Source of the DNA: Eledone cirrhosa
Lineage: Eukaryota
Direction: 5' to 3'
DNA: 64,000 nucleotides
NCBI GenBank assembly: GCA_964016885.1
Contig: OZ024742.1
Location: forward strand, 188,418,001-188,482,000
Shown here: in pieces, positions 13,084-29,161 of the stretch
Numbering within the stretch: the first letter of the stretch is position 1
How the letters are laid out: every line of letters begins with the position of its first letter
Translations under genes and position numbers: made by a program
The notes under the pieces: generated by a model
What the model saw: the letters and a program-made list of their open reading frames with translations, nothing else
Database searches by the model: none
What the model was told of the DNA's origin: nothing

Positions 13084-13419
13084 TTACATGTGTGTGTGTG
13101 TGTGAATGTATGTATAACCGTATGTGTGTGGAGGGTGTAGGATATCCGTTGATGAAAGAGCAAGTAAAACAATACTTTCAATATATTGCAGGAGAGCTTC
13201 TTCAGTATAAATAATGCTTCATACACTTAAGATGTATGTGCAAGCATTTGTATCTCGGTTCAGTTATGGCCACTAGTATATACTGGTTATATTTGTTCTC
13301 ATGCCAGACAAGGAGTTGTTTGGAATCACCAAACCCATAACCGACCCCATAACCAATGATCGCACATACATGTTAAATGTATGGAACATTATTTATACTA
13401 TTCATATATATAGCTTTCC

Positions 13420-13660
13420 GAGGCACATGTCCAAGCAAGGTTGTTTGTGGAAGACCAGAAGTTGCCTATGCATACCACTCTCCAGTCTTCACGTCACGGA
13501 TGATGCCCATGGCAAAGCTTAAGCCAATACAGCTTGGCGCCAGTGACGTCACAAACCATTTCTACAGCTGAATAACATGAATCAAAAACTCACGACACAG
13601 AATCAAGAACACATGACACAGCCCGGGTCGGGAATCGAATATACGACCCTGTAACCGGAA
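13420..13660 (-). mobile_element. Degenerate tRNA-derived SINE type 2
   Basis: B box TTCGATTCCCGACCCGGG on minus strand, body similar to 54535-54900. Confidence 0.55.
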
Positions 13661-14374
13661 TTAACTAATAAAATGAGTACTAATAATATGCAAATTATTA
13701 CGTTCATTTCAGTGATAAGGCATATAAGCGCTTCAGTTGCTTATTATTGCCTTGTTACTTTTAAGATCGTATACAGATCTCCTTATGAGTAAAACACTAG
13801 GTTCGAAAATCGCTTAAATGTTTTTATCACTTTTCAATTTAAAGGTAAATAATGAAAGTTTTCTTAGATACGTGTCTATATACTTAATTTGCAAAGCAAT
13901 ATATACGACTGCTCTCTCTATATAGGGTACGTAGAACACTCAAACAATGACTCAAAGAGCACGGAATATTTATGAATATATATGTATGAATGTATATGTA
14001 TGAATATATATATATATGAATAAACTCTCCATATGTATGAATATATATATATGTATATATAAATATAAATATAAATATAAATATATAAATATAATTTAGC
14101 GAGAATCGCATTTCGGCGGGTAGAAATTAGCGAAACGCAACTTCCATATTGTGCTGACAAGTGCTCCATGGATCTGAAGAAGATACCAGAGCTATAAACA
14201 TAAGTTAAAATGGTCATACACGCTGAGAAGATGGTTAAGAAGCCATTAACCACCATAGCCAAAAAAGCGAACAAGCTAAACGGGTCAAACAAAATGAGAT
14301 ATGATTGAAATATTTACCCGGACCCTTCGTGGAAGATGGAATACTCCGAAATTGGTTATATATATATATATGTA

Positions 14375-14457
<83 letters not shown>

Positions 14458-14470
14458 GCATACAGAGAAG

Positions 14471-14524
<54 letters not shown>

Positions 14525-15152
14525 ATATATATGTATATTAAGCATTCTTAAGGAAATACCACCTTGAAGATTTTGAACAATCTGTCACAGAAATATATCT
14601 ATTATACATGCACACACCTACACACTCTCACAGACACGCACAACTAGCCCTTACACACAACTACACGCACACACACACATACACATATCTATAATCATTG
14701 TACTCTGTGTTTCTCTACGTGTTAAAGGTTAAATACAATGAACAGCCAATCTATATATATATAAAAATAATTTACTTTTCTTCTCCATGGCTCTCCATTT
14801 TCGATGTAATACTCAGCTGTTTTATTCGAGCAATATAGATGTTTTTGGATATAGTTGTTCAATCAGATCTGTCATCATCTCATGTGAAATCGCATTTCTA
14901 AAAGAGCTTATTACAATGGCGACATATATATCGTTTGGAATAATGGCTACTACGTTAAGATCATGGGTTAAAACTGACATTATACTGAAGAATAGCTCAG
15001 GATAACGTTCTGGCGACATCAGAGTGACGTTGATCGTTCTCCAAATAGGTTTTCTTTTTTCTTTTTTCAACTGTGTTTGTTCTTAATATTTTATATTATG
15101 AAAGATATAACCGGGATAATAAATTTGTCTATTGCTATATGATTGTACACGA

Positions 15153-15278
<126 letters not shown>

Positions 15279-16329
15279 TTCACACACACACATATATATA
15301 TATTTATATATAAAGACTCGATATATTTAATCGATACTTGAAAAGTAAAGCCAATACGTATATTTTGTTTTACTATTGTATTATTAGGAATAAATTTATA
15401 TTTAACCATTTATGATCTATCTGACGGCTGTTGTTCGCTGTGGAAGCAGGCATGGTTCAATGGATAAAATGTTCGAGTTGCAACCTTGAGGCCACTATGT
15501 AGTATCAAGGGCACGTATTTATACCATAGCCTGGAGTTCATCCAAAGTTGGGGTGTGAAATTGACTTTGTTAGCCAGATACTTGGTGAATGCTCCTTGGT
15601 TGGATGTTAACTGTAATTGAAAAACACGTTATTGACACAAATTTTTTCACACTGAGTCTGGATCTTGCGAATTACTGTAAGGGTACACGTGCTTGTGGAA
15701 CATCCAAACACACTTTAATTAACGCATTCGACGTTCTTTTGGACGATCCATCGGACGATCCATCCTTCATCATGCTTTCAACGACTAATTGGTAAACAAA
15801 TTAAATTTAAAATCTTATTTGTTGTTCTATTATATTACACCACGATATATTTCTATTAGAAAATGATATCTTTGTTTAATAAGTCATTAACTCTTGTTAA
15901 TACAAACCAAACTCAAATAACAGATAATTTAAGCAAAGTTTTATATTATTATATGCCATGTTTTAATTATTGTTAAAACAGGAAATACATATTGTGTAGT
16001 GAAATGAATAAATAAGATCTTTTATAAGCAAGGGACACCGGAAACCAAACCAACAAGGTCAGCCAGGAAAACAATGATATTTCCAATATCGTTATCATAT
16101 TCTAGAGAGAAAATATTATATCTAGGTAATGTAATTTGATAAAGGATGAAAAAACATACGAAAGGTATTCGCTAAATGAATGCATTTCGTAATAAGGGAA
16201 ATCGATTAGATGTGGTATTATCTAAGAGTGTGTGTGAAGGGCTTCCATATTACAGAACAATGATAATTTTTCATAGAATCATGGCAGATATTAAAATAGA
16301 ACAGTACATATATATGTATATATATCGAC

Positions 16330-16543
16330 AGGTGATCGACTTTTGTCAAACCTGACCAAGGAAACATTGTTTCCATTGGTCTTTTCAATTGCTAATACTA
16401 TATATCGGTCGCAAATCCAGGTAGAAGGAGCAACATGATATAAAATATCTTTCTCACGGACATAACGCATCACCCGGTCCGGGAATCGAAATTCATAACC
16501 TCACGATTGCGAACCCAATTCTCTTACCATTCAGCTACGCATC

Positions 16544-16545
<2 letters not shown>
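16330..16545 (-). mobile_element. tRNA-derived SINE type 2
   Basis: Homologous to 21845-22055 and 50728-50870; tRNA A/B boxes. Confidence 0.75.
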
Positions 16546-16592
<47 letters not shown>

Positions 16593-16730
16593 TGATGTGT
16601 GTGTGTGTGTGTATACGCGCATATATATATTTATAAAAAAAAAAATGATTGTCATTTTGCAAAAAAAAAACACAGTAGTGTTGATCATATATTTTTTTAA
16701 ATTACTTTTTAAACTATATACATATATATA

Positions 16731-16791
<61 letters not shown>

Positions 16792-16889
16792 ACATATACA
16801 TATATATATTTAAATATATATATAAATATATATATATATACATTCATATATATATGAGTGAGAAATGAAATTTCGTTTCATTTTTTCCG

Positions 16890-16932
<43 letters not shown>

Positions 16933-16984
16933 GTATATATCTATGTCTATATATATGTATATATATGTATATATATATATATAT

Positions 16985-17517
16985 GTAGATAAATCTACCA
17001 AGAGTTTACGGTAGTGTCCAATCCGTATGAAGAACTCAATGTATTCCGGATATCATGGAAAGAAGAAATGTAATGAAAAATCACTTTCGGTGAAAGATAA
17101 ACGGTATACAGAGTCAAGATAAAATATTAAACAAATAATGAATAAACAATTCCTTATATTAAACAAAAAAAGTTCATTATTTAACGATCGTTTCTAGGAT
17201 ATATATGTGTTAGAGTTGGCATGCATATTCAACAGATCTATGTACAAAATTATACAAAATTATACAAACTATCAAGATTAAATATACATACCAACACATA
17301 TATACGCCGTCTTCAGAAATAATTATTTCTGAAGACGGCGTATATATGTGTTGGTATGTATATTTAATCTTGATAGTTTGTATAATTTTGTATAATTTTG
17401 TACATAGATCTGTTGAATATGCATGCCAACTCTAACACATATATATCCTAGAAACGATCGTTAAATAATGAACTTTTTTTGTTTAATATAAGGAATTGTT
17501 TATTCATTATTTGTTTA

Positions 17518-17525
<8 letters not shown>
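16985..17525. mobile_element. PLE family M: about 200 bp near-perfect palindrome centred near 17322, tail on left (16985-17118)
   Basis: Arms 17119-17320 / 17325-17525; third copy at 26176-26383. Confidence 0.85.
17323..17468 (+). ncRNA. Hammerhead motif with about 115 nt stem II (family M)
   Basis: UUAUUU-CUGAAGA..GUAUAUAUGUGUUGG..CUAACACAUAUAUAU..GAAAC-GAUC-GUU^AAAUAA. Confidence 0.7.
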
Positions 17526-17558
<33 letters not shown>

Positions 17559-17565
17559 GTATATG

Positions 17566-17633
<68 letters not shown>

Positions 17634-18688
17634 TATACATATATATATACATAGATATATACGTATATATATGATGCGTGCAGACACACACACACACACA
17701 CACACAGTAGAAAGAAAGGGGGAACATAGATTTATGTTGATGCAGAAATGATTAATACAATACAATGTCAATAAAAATTAATCTGAGGCACTTTAAACAG
17801 CATTGTGGCGCCATATTTTAGAGAAAGATATTATTACACCGTCACAATGTACTTCTTCCGTCATAATTGTTCAACTAAATCAGACAATTATGAAAGAAGG
17901 TCATCTGACCACAATGTTAGAGGTTCACACGAGATAAGTATTATGCAAAGCTTGGAATACCAACTGAAATCTGCCCTTGTAAATACATCTCTGCTATAGA
18001 ACTATAAGTAGTACTAATTTGCAGATAATTAGCGCTCAACTGTTTAATATATATCTTAATAAATTACCAACACGAACGCTAATTATTTGATAATTGGTAC
18101 GTCCATTTCAGAATAATACTAGAGCGAATGGATATGTATACCCATCAAGTACGTTTCCTTGTGGTTGAATGGATGATATACACGTATTCTGATGAGGGTT
18201 CAATTAGATCCGAAAATATATTGAACATATTTATCGTTTTTGTAATTTTCAGGGAACTTCGTGTTCGTATTTTTTGATATATTAGATATTTGTATATATT
18301 TTATACACGTTGGTGCAGTCTTAGTTACACACGCATTATTAATACAGATATACCTATAATATATAGGTGAATTCCCCATATATATCTGGAGGTGACTACA
18401 GTTAAAAAATATGGTCATCTTTTTTTTATTATATAAATATAAAGTAATGAACACTATATTTTATGTACCACCTGTAATTTCGACAATATATATTTGAAAG
18501 TCAATTATTTTGGCAATGATTTTTATAAATAGGTAAGAATTTCTCAGAAAAGCAGAGCAGCAGGTGATCTTCAGAGAAGAACCCCCTTTCATCAAATGTG
18601 TTTAATTGCATTTAGATATCGATAAAACGCTTTTGAAAGCTTTTCAATTTGCACGTAACAGACAGACAGACAGACAGATAGACAGACA

Positions 18689-18735
<47 letters not shown>

Positions 18736-20389
18736 ACGCACACGCACACGCACACGCACACGCACACACACATCTACATTAGACTATATTCTTCGTTATG
18801 TTATTTCTTGAAATAATAAAGAAAAACCATATAGTTTCTGTTTCTGTAGCGTGGGAAGCTTCACCAGTCCGCAGAGTTAACACACCACCTGACATTTCGT
18901 GTCTATCACTGATATCCTATATTTCAATTTAGTTTGTGTTTCTATTACTTCTCACAATTTCAATCGAATTTATTTAGCGTATGTCAAATCATTTGTGTTA
19001 TTAATAGAAAACTATAAACTGCAGGGGAGACAACTCATATTGATTGTTAATGTGGTCGTTGTATTATTGTAGATAGAATCGAATCACTTATATAGCCTCG
19101 AGTCTTGAATAATCTCCCTCCCCACGCCATTAATTAATTTTTTTCAAATTTTTTACAACCTCACCCCCTGCTTATTAAATTTGCTACTCTATCTCTGGTG
19201 AAATTTTATTTTAATTGGTAGCATTCCCGCGACATTAAATAAACCCGTTATACATGACAAAAAAGATTAAAATAAATCCCATGAGTTATAAAATAAATAG
19301 GATTGGTTGGGTCTCAATATGTAAACTAAACCGCTAATTCTGGTTTTATATAATCAACGGAGACAACCTAGAACATTTGCCGATTTTACAACTCGCCCCA
19401 CCCACACTATTATTTGGGACCTAAGCGTACACTTGCTCACAATCACATATGAAAACAATTATGCACACACACATGAACAGGCATATATGTAGACACACAA
19501 CATAATACACACATAAGCAGACACACGCACACACACACACATACGGATTCGTATAGACAAGCATACACACACCATGATACACACATAAACAAGCATATAC
19601 ACTACTAAAAAATGCTTCGCTCGGCTCAAGTTATGTGCATTGGGATCAAACCCTCTTGGACCGGTTATGAAGCGGGAGTTTTTACAACCCGCCCATGTCT
19701 GCAAAGATGTACAGATATACATGCATATGCAAATTAGCAATACTTCTTAAAGCTAACATTTACTTGCTTTATTTTAAGGTTTTTATTGGTTTTTTGAAAG
19801 AACAACGCCCATGCTATGGCATTTCCATTATGTATTTAGTCGATCACATCACCCCCAGTACTTATTTATAAGTCTGGTAAATGTTTTCTAATAACATATA
19901 ACAAATATATCCTATATGCCATTTGATCTCACTTTTAAGGTGATATTTATATTACCAAACTAATCCGTTTCTCATCAATTATAAACATCTAATAAGTTAG
20001 AGTGTTGATCCATGCTTGAATGTCGTCCCGAATGTGAAGGTGCATGGCTTATAGGCTACTGTATTCTGGGCACGAATGCTAATACGTGCGTTCGATTCCA
20101 GGTGATGTGGTGTTGTTACCTTGAGCAGTTGCCTCTTTTCATCTGGAAAAACAAATTTATTTGTAATTCATAAGTCCAGCACTTTTACACACTGTGTCAC
20201 ATTGAATCTCTATAAGAAGGATATTAGTGTTACACCTAACTATGGGATATTTAACCACTTGCAGGATAATTTCTCGGGCAGGCTATCCCATTGTGGGAAC
20301 TACTGGAATACTAATCATCAGAATCGACGTAAGACCAACACACTATCACAAATCCCCATTTTTTACTACCCATATACAAGAAGGTGCAG

Positions 20390-20596
20390 AAGCGACCCTA
20401 GCTTGATCGCTGCTACAGAGGCCTGGTTGGAGGCCCAAATTTCCGAGTTCTTTTTACATGGCGTAGAAAAACGGAAGGACTGCTACCATAAGTTTATGAT
20501 TTTTGAGAGGAGAGTAGGTTGAATAAAATCACAATTAACCGGTCCTCCTGTAATTTCATTTATCCAAAGCCAGAAACCTTTCAGCATCCAGTCATG

Positions 20597-20640
<44 letters not shown>

Positions 20641-20673
20641 GCGCATACATATATATATGCATATATATCTATA

Positions 20674-20729
<56 letters not shown>

Positions 20730-20842
20730 AGGACTGCTACAATAAGTGTGGGAACCTGAGAGGGGAATGTGTTGAATAAAATCACATTTAACCGGTCCTC
20801 CTGTAATTTCATTTAACTAAAACCAGAAACCTTTCAGCATCC

Positions 20843-20845
<3 letters not shown>
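20390..20845 (+). mobile_element. Mariner 3' fragments, 3' end duplicated across a microsatellite
   Basis: LIAATEAWLEAQISEFFLHGVEK and KLKDCYNKCGNLRGECVE; terminal sequence repeated at 20475-20590 and 20728-20843. Confidence 0.7.
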
Positions 20846-20898
<53 letters not shown>

Positions 20899-20910
20899 TA
20901 TTGCTATACT

Positions 20911-21049
20911 AATAAACGAAGTGACTTATTATACATTATGTTGAGAAATATACTCCAGAGTAAACAGAGGCACTCTACGAAGTACACAAGTGCGTCTGTT
21001 TACTCTGGAGTATATTTATAAACATGAAGGACAAGTCACTTCGTTTATT
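20911..21049. repeat. Short imperfect foldback next to (TA)n
   Basis: AATAAACGAAGTGACTT..TACTCCAGAGTAAACAGA / TCTGTTTACTCTGGAGTA..AAGTCACTTCGTTTATT. Confidence 0.7.
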
Positions 21050-21502
21050 CATATAGAATTAGTAGTTGTAGCATGACATAATATTAAATTATGACAGCTA
21101 ATCAACCAAATATAAAGCTGTAATCATAAATAATATCCAGTTTTCTCTCTATATGTTCCTTGCTATCTAGAGTAAGGGAAAGACAGAGAAGATTATATAG
21201 TCCTACATAAAGCGATATAGACATCTTGATCATGGATAGAATGGCTTTCATTGTAGTTGTGTTGTATCTGTGATGACATCCAACCAGACAACAGCTGCAA
21301 CGATGACAATAACGACGAGGGTAACGATGACGACTACGATGCCGATGACGACGACAAGGATGATTGCGATAACAAAAAATACAATGCGAAACCCCCACCC
21401 CCCACCCTGCCGTCTAAGTATAATAAATAAATAAATAAATAAATAAATAAAATAAAATCTGCAAGAAATACACTACATGACGGCAACACCACCAACAACA
21501 AC

Positions 21503-21725
21503 AATAATGATTTCTAGTATAGGCACAAGGCCAGTGGTTCGGTGGAGTGGAAAGTCGATTAAATTGACCCCAATGCATTACTGGTACTTTAATTTATCGA
21601 CCCCGCAAGGATTAAAGGCAAAGTTAACCTCGGTGGGATTTGAACTCAGACTGTAAAGGGCCGTAGCTCTATGCTGCGAAGCATGAAGTCCGACTCTCTA
21701 CCGATACTGCCAATCCACCTCCCTA
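21503..21725 (-). mobile_element. tRNA-derived SINE type 1
   Basis: Homologous to 63217-63411. Confidence 0.85.
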
Positions 21726-21844
21726 CCACCGCCAACGACTATACAACAACATGTAGAGGCTATATCAGAAATATTTCATATAGTTCAACATATAACCACT
21801 CCATCCCCCCCACCCCCCAAAAAAACCCCGCAGAATGAAGTAGG

Positions 21845-22055
21845 AACGATCGACTTTCGTCAAATCGGACCGAGGAAACAATGTGTCCCTTGGTCTTTCC
21901 ATTTGCTAATACACTCTATCGGTCGCAACTCCAGGTAGAAAGAGCAACGGAAATAAAGTGTATTGCTGTAGGACGTAACGCATCGCCCGGTCCGGGAATC
22001 GAACTCACAACCTCACGATTGCGAATCCAATTCTCTAACCACTCAGCCACACGCA
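21845..22055 (-). mobile_element. tRNA-derived SINE type 2
   Basis: Minus strand GTGGCTGAGTGGTTAGAG..GAGTTCGATTCCCGGACCGGG. Confidence 0.8.
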
Positions 22056-22769
22056 CAAAAAAAAAATACGCTAAAAACGAACAACAATATACGTCATTAG
22101 AAATAGTTTTATTGTTATCGAGGCTTTTATCAAGTCAATAACCGTAATGTGGTATTGTGCTTATATTCATTGTATACGCAGATAAAAAAGCTTATGAACG
22201 ATGACGAAAACAAAAGCACACAGCTATATAGAGCGAAAGCGAAGAGAGAAAGAAATAGCTTGGAGAGAGAGAGAGATTAGGAAAACAATAGTGTAGTCAA
22301 ACGTTCATTTAATTCTAGTTTATGAAGTAACAATAGGAGGATTATAGCGTATTGAGATATTATCAAAATAACAGAACCAAGGGAGGTCACTCTAATCGTC
22401 ACTTGTGCTGAATTCATTCCTTCAGTCGTTTACTCAAAAATACATTTCTATATTTTTTTCTGCTTCTTATATATTATTTCAACAAATTGTGAGTATGTTG
22501 GTTGGAATCTTCCATAATTTTAATTGATTATATCGACTGTTCACTGTTGACTAGTACTTAATCTATTACTGTACGTAGCATGTAAGAGGAGAATGGTTAA
22601 CTAAACTTATACGCAAAGGGACGTAATCGGGCGGAACACAATATCACGGATTTATATATATATATATATTTATTTTTATATTTATTTTTTGTTGTGGGCA
22701 TCGGTTTTTCAATCACACGCTGATGTGTATCAATATGTATGTGTACGTGCGTGTATACACACACTTACA

Positions 22770-22940
<171 letters not shown>

Positions 22941-23105
22941 GATTTGGAGGTCCACAACTGGATAGAACAGTGATACAGTGAAATGTACATAGTCTTTGCT
23001 GAAATAAGACTTTGAAGGAATTTCACCAGACCGCCCTCCTGTCATTTTGTTTAATAATAATAATAATAATAATAATAGTAATATATATATATATATATAC
23101 ATGTA

Positions 23106-23257
<152 letters not shown>

Positions 23258-23308
23258 TATATATATACATAAATACGCATGGACGCACACTGTCGCACGC
23301 ACGCCCAC

Positions 23309-23358
<50 letters not shown>

Positions 23359-23713
23359 TACAATGTACCCCAAGCATTCAAGGATTTATCCTTAGAACCT
23401 AACTGATAATTATTCGTGGAAACTACCATCTATGCACGGAATGGTAAATATCTTCCGTAATTTTCTTAATGCCGTTTTCGTGGCAATATATATATTTTTA
23501 ACGTTAAATTATTAATGAGAATATATCGTATCTTATATCCCAGCCTATTGGACACACCTTCTTTATTATATGTTACACTATTTTTGATGTTTATAGGCAT
23601 ATTTATGGATCACATCCAATATTTGCGGTTTCTCACTCTTCGCGGATGGTCTAGGAACGTATACCACGCGAGTACGGGTGGACAACTGTATATGTATATA
23701 TATATATATATAT

Positions 23714-24016
23714 ATTGTTATACTTTGGGAGGGTCATGTTGCCAATAAGAAACACACGCATCAGTTGCTTTCACTTCAATTTAATTTAATATATATTTAT
23801 AAATTTACAAATTTATAAATTTCTGGTTGGTTGGTTGGTTCCACAACCAGATAGTTGTTTATATATATATAGTCATAGTTCTTTCGTCACACACTCTGTG
23901 ACCTCTTCAGTGACTGGGGATTTCTTTCTTCGTTTCTGTGCCTTTCCTTTCTTCTATCCTACGCCATTTTGTTTCATGCTTATTGGCAACATGACCCTCC
24001 CAAAGTATAACAATAT
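23714..24016. mobile_element. Element with about 37 bp inverted termini related to the family J 3' end
   Basis: TTGTTATACTTTGGGAGGGTCATGTTGCCAATAAG / CTTATTGGCAACATGACCCTCCCAAAGTATAACAA; terminus similar to 33848 and 46410. Confidence 0.6.
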
Positions 24017-24093
24017 CGGTTTCAACACACGATTTCAGATAAAGAATCTTGCTAAACAAATTCAGAAACGAAATATATATATATATATATATA

Positions 24094-24267
24094 TGGGAAG
24101 AGATATATTTGATATGTCTCATATGAAATGATACAGCCAATTTTCCACACAATACAATTAGTTAGCACCCCGAATGTTTAATTAGGAATGTACTCAGGTA
24201 TTTCCTAATGTTTGTTGAGTGAGCTGGAATTTGGCCGGAGTATCGCTTTTAGCTTTCTCCGACTATG

Positions 24268-24270
<3 letters not shown>
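24094..24270 (+). mobile_element. PLE family L tail fragment
   Basis: Diverged reverse complement of 9810-9977. Confidence 0.65.
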
Positions 24271-24310
<40 letters not shown>

Positions 24311-24312
<2 letters not shown>

Positions 24313-24702
24313 TAGCAGTTGTAACCGGCGTTGCTCGGGAAATGAATGACAGCCTGAATTATTCAAGGTTGTTTATGGCTTAGCTAGCAATTTCTGAGTG
24401 CATGTCAGCTTATGTCAGCTAATTGGCTAGCCAATGAGAGGTCGCCTCAATAGCACGTGCCAAATCGGCCTAGTACTTCAAAAGTTAAAAGGAGCCTAGT
24501 ATTTGTACAGAGACGGATACACACACAAAATCGATTTTTCGGCCCCAATATCGATTTTTTTTCAAATTTATTTTTGTTCAAAACCTGCTATCGCATATAA
24601 GCAACATGTGTGTCAAATTTGGTTGAAATCGACCTGGTACTTCAAAAGTTAAAAGCCTAGTATTTGTACACGGACAGACAGATACACACACAGACCGACT
24701 TG

Positions 24703-24710
<8 letters not shown>
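24311..24710 (-). mobile_element. Non-autonomous Helitron
   Basis: Minus-strand 3' end CCCGAGCAACGCCGG hairpin followed by CTAG-T; other end TATATAAAAG plus (CTGT)-like repeats; internal about 45 bp duplication (24465 / 24627). Confidence 0.75.
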
Positions 24711-24766
<56 letters not shown>

Positions 24767-24978
24767 CAGACTTAACCATTTCTCTGTGTTATTCCAAAAC
24801 CTTTCTCTTTTATGAAGCTTTCAGTTTATTTTCAGGCTTTTTGTTAATCCCTTTCTAGGCCATTTATTGCATGTAACTAATACATGCATATGTAGCCACC
24901 ACATTGTTTTTCTGTGCTCTGCTGTCATAATATTATCACATCTTACTCTCACTCACTGGTCTCCCTTTCTCTCTCCCG

Positions 24979-25059
<81 letters not shown>

Positions 25060-25415
25060 TCTATCTATCTATCTCCCGCTCTCTCTCTCTCGTTTCTTCT
25101 CTATCTCTCTTCCTCCTTTCTCTTTCTCTCTTTTGTCGCTTCCTCCTTTCTCTGGCTTTTACATTTCTTCCTACTCCCCTCTCTCTCTCTCTCTCTCTCT
25201 TTCATCTCTCCCTCCTCACATCGCTTTCTGTCTCTCTCATTATTTCTCTTTCTCCCTCACTCTCTTTCTCTTTATTTTTTTTCTATCTCTCATGCTTTCT
25301 ATATTTTCACAATGTTACACCTACAATCTTTCATTTTATCATATCACTATTCCTTTCTTTTTTCTTTTTGAATATATGACAATCCTTAACATACACAACC
25401 ACATTCACTCATCCC

Positions 25416-25457
<42 letters not shown>

Positions 25458-25767
25458 TATTTGTGTGTAACATACGATTATGATATGACTTAGAAAGGAA
25501 ACATTCCAGTAGGAAAACCACCAAGATCATTCGTGATTGAAGTGGGCCTAGGATATTTATTCACAAGTGATGCTCATTGCAGGATCGTTCAGTTCAACGT
25601 TCGATCGGTAGATATTTCTGCGACAATATTATAAAGATATCACATGTCGATTCCAGAGTTGGGGACGATTGCTACCAATGTTACCTCGAGGTGGTCGATT
25701 GTGAAACGTACATCACATATGAAGAAACAAATGTTCTTTTCTTGACACCTCCTTCCTATTCCTATTC

Positions 25768-26764
<997 letters not shown>

Positions 26765-27600
26765 GTATTATTATAAATCATGTCTACAGAATTATTAGAT
26801 AAAAAAATATAGACTCCATTTCCTCTGCCAAACAGCACAATCAACCATATAAAAAATCAATTATACTAAGCCATAAGGATAAAAACTCCTATGAAGAAAT
26901 CTCCGACAAATAAACGAGAGTGGCTTCATCGCCGTATCCACAGCAGGTTATTTATCCAACATTTCGACAGCATGCATAAATCGACCAAGTACATAATTAA
27001 CCAGATGCAATTCGGTGTAAAATCAAACATAGAAGAACTGTGTACATACCGTAACTATATCCCTACCATGGTTTCATCCGTATTTTTAGATATCCTATTA
27101 ATAGGAAATCCATTGAGTTCGGAATCATCAGGAGATAAACTAAAAAATAGACACTTAGTATTCCAAGCCGATCGCGCCAAAATTGGATTCAAAAATGGCT
27201 AAGAATCACACTATGGCCGTGGTCAAGTTGGAAAGAATGTGATTGGCTGTTGACGGCGTGTAGGCCTGTCGCTCGAAAGCGCAGCCAAATATCGCCAAAT
27301 TTAATCTCAACCTTATGTGAGATTATTAATAATCTCCCGTAAGGTTGAGATAAATAACCTGCTGTGGATACCGCGAAGAAGCCACTCTCGTTTATTTGTC
27401 GGAGATTTCTTCATAGGAGCTTTTATCCTTATGGCTTAGTATAATTGATTTTTTATATGGTTGATTGTGCTGTTTGGCAGAGGAAATGGAGTATATATTT
27501 TGTTTATCTAATAATTCTGTAGACATGATTTATAATAATATATTGCTCTGAGTATTTAATTTATTAATTCTTCATAGAGTTAAAAACTGACCGGTTGTAA
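26765..27600. mobile_element. PLE-like family G foldback (arms 26765-26957 / 27347-27540) plus tail
   Basis: About 190 bp inverted arms, (TA)n flanks, tail hairpin GCTC-TGA..TCA-TA-GAGT at 27545-27580; no clean HHR seen. Confidence 0.7.
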
Positions 27601-27658
27601 CATATATAAATTTATGTATATGTAAACCTTTATATATATATGTATGTATATATATATA

Positions 27659-27682
27659 CGCTTGAAATAGCAGGAAGAGGGT

Positions 27683-27734
<52 letters not shown>

Positions 27735-27824
27735 AGACCCTCTTCCTGCTATTTCAAGCGTTAACCTAATATATTCCTTCCCTATTCTGTACCGATTGTG
27801 ACGTCATTTCTGTTTACCTTTTAC

Positions 27825-27825
<1 letters not shown>
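27659..27825. mobile_element. PLE family I mini-foldback around (TA)n plus tail
   Basis: CGCTTGAAATAGCAGGAAGAGGG / CCCTCTTCCTGCTATTTCAAGCG; matches 6462-6553. Confidence 0.7.
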
Positions 27826-27861
<36 letters not shown>

Positions 27862-28765
27862 ATGCAATGCATATTTAAAAATTACTACGTATATCCATCT
27901 GCTCCTCTTCTTTCCTATGTATTTAGCTATTTCATGCTCTTGAGCAATCTTCAGACTGGTGAATAAATGTTTTACTTCTCCGCCTCTTATTTCCAACATC
28001 ACATTCATACTATCCCTCCCACATACTTTTACAAATGAACCCATCCCACTTGCTTTCAATCCTTGTTTCGTCACAGTCCTATTTCTCATTTCATGTTCGC
28101 TAATATTTATTTCATTTTCGACATTTCGATATCTTCTGGAAAAACAATATTCAGTGCTCCTGTTTTCATCTCACGTGAGATTTGTCTTTAAATTGCATTC
28201 CCATTTCTGTTCTAACTAATATTCTTGAATTTCTTTCTTTAAATTGAATTACATGCCAGCCAAAACACGTTCAAATAATGTGAGCCTTCTTTCTGAGTGT
28301 CTCTATCTTCGCATAAAATCACTTCCTACGTTTTTATAATTTTCGCTTCTTTATACCACTCTCTATCTCGCACTATTACTATCGCTCTCTTTCAGTCATT
28401 TAATTTACTTTTCTGTGTCATACTTTGTCTTACTTTCCTTTCCCGTTTCCTATACACCCACATTATCTCTCAATCGTTTTATCCTTCAATTTTCGATTTT
28501 ATTCACATCTCCGATATTTCTTATCAATGATAATTTATGTTCCCTCATTTTCCTCTCATTTATGGCATTTATAGTCCGTTCCTTTACTTCCCGATACAGC
28601 CAGATCTGCCCTTCTTAACCCCTTTTCAAATTTTTCATTATTTATATAATTAATTATGAAAACTTAATAAGGTATTCCATAACATTAATAGCTAAACTCA
28701 GTATACTGCTAATACATATATATATGTGTATGTATATATATATATATATGTATGTATGTATGTAG

Positions 28766-28824
<59 letters not shown>

Positions 28825-29161
28825 TATGCAGTTGTTATTTCGTTTACTATCCTACATGTGTATATTCTTTCTTACACAAATAATTTTTTTATGTCAAGAT
28901 AGAATCAATATTAAAATTTACAAGACTTAGTTTTGTATTGTCTCTGAAGTTTTATAATTCCCACATACATGTTCATGCATATGTATTTGTTAATATCTGT
29001 CTCAGATTCAATTCCCTGGATTATGCAAACCGATTAAACTTCGCAGCTCATCACTTTCCTTATATATTGTCTTATATTATCTTAAATAAAAGCTTTTTAT
29101 TTAAATGAAAATAAAAATGTGCATTGAATATCATAGGTAATGTTCTATATATATATATATA

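Noticed and set aside
26905-26945. SECIS-like element in a PLE 3' region
   Set aside because: AUGA is present on the minus strand but the AA loop and GA spacing do not fit
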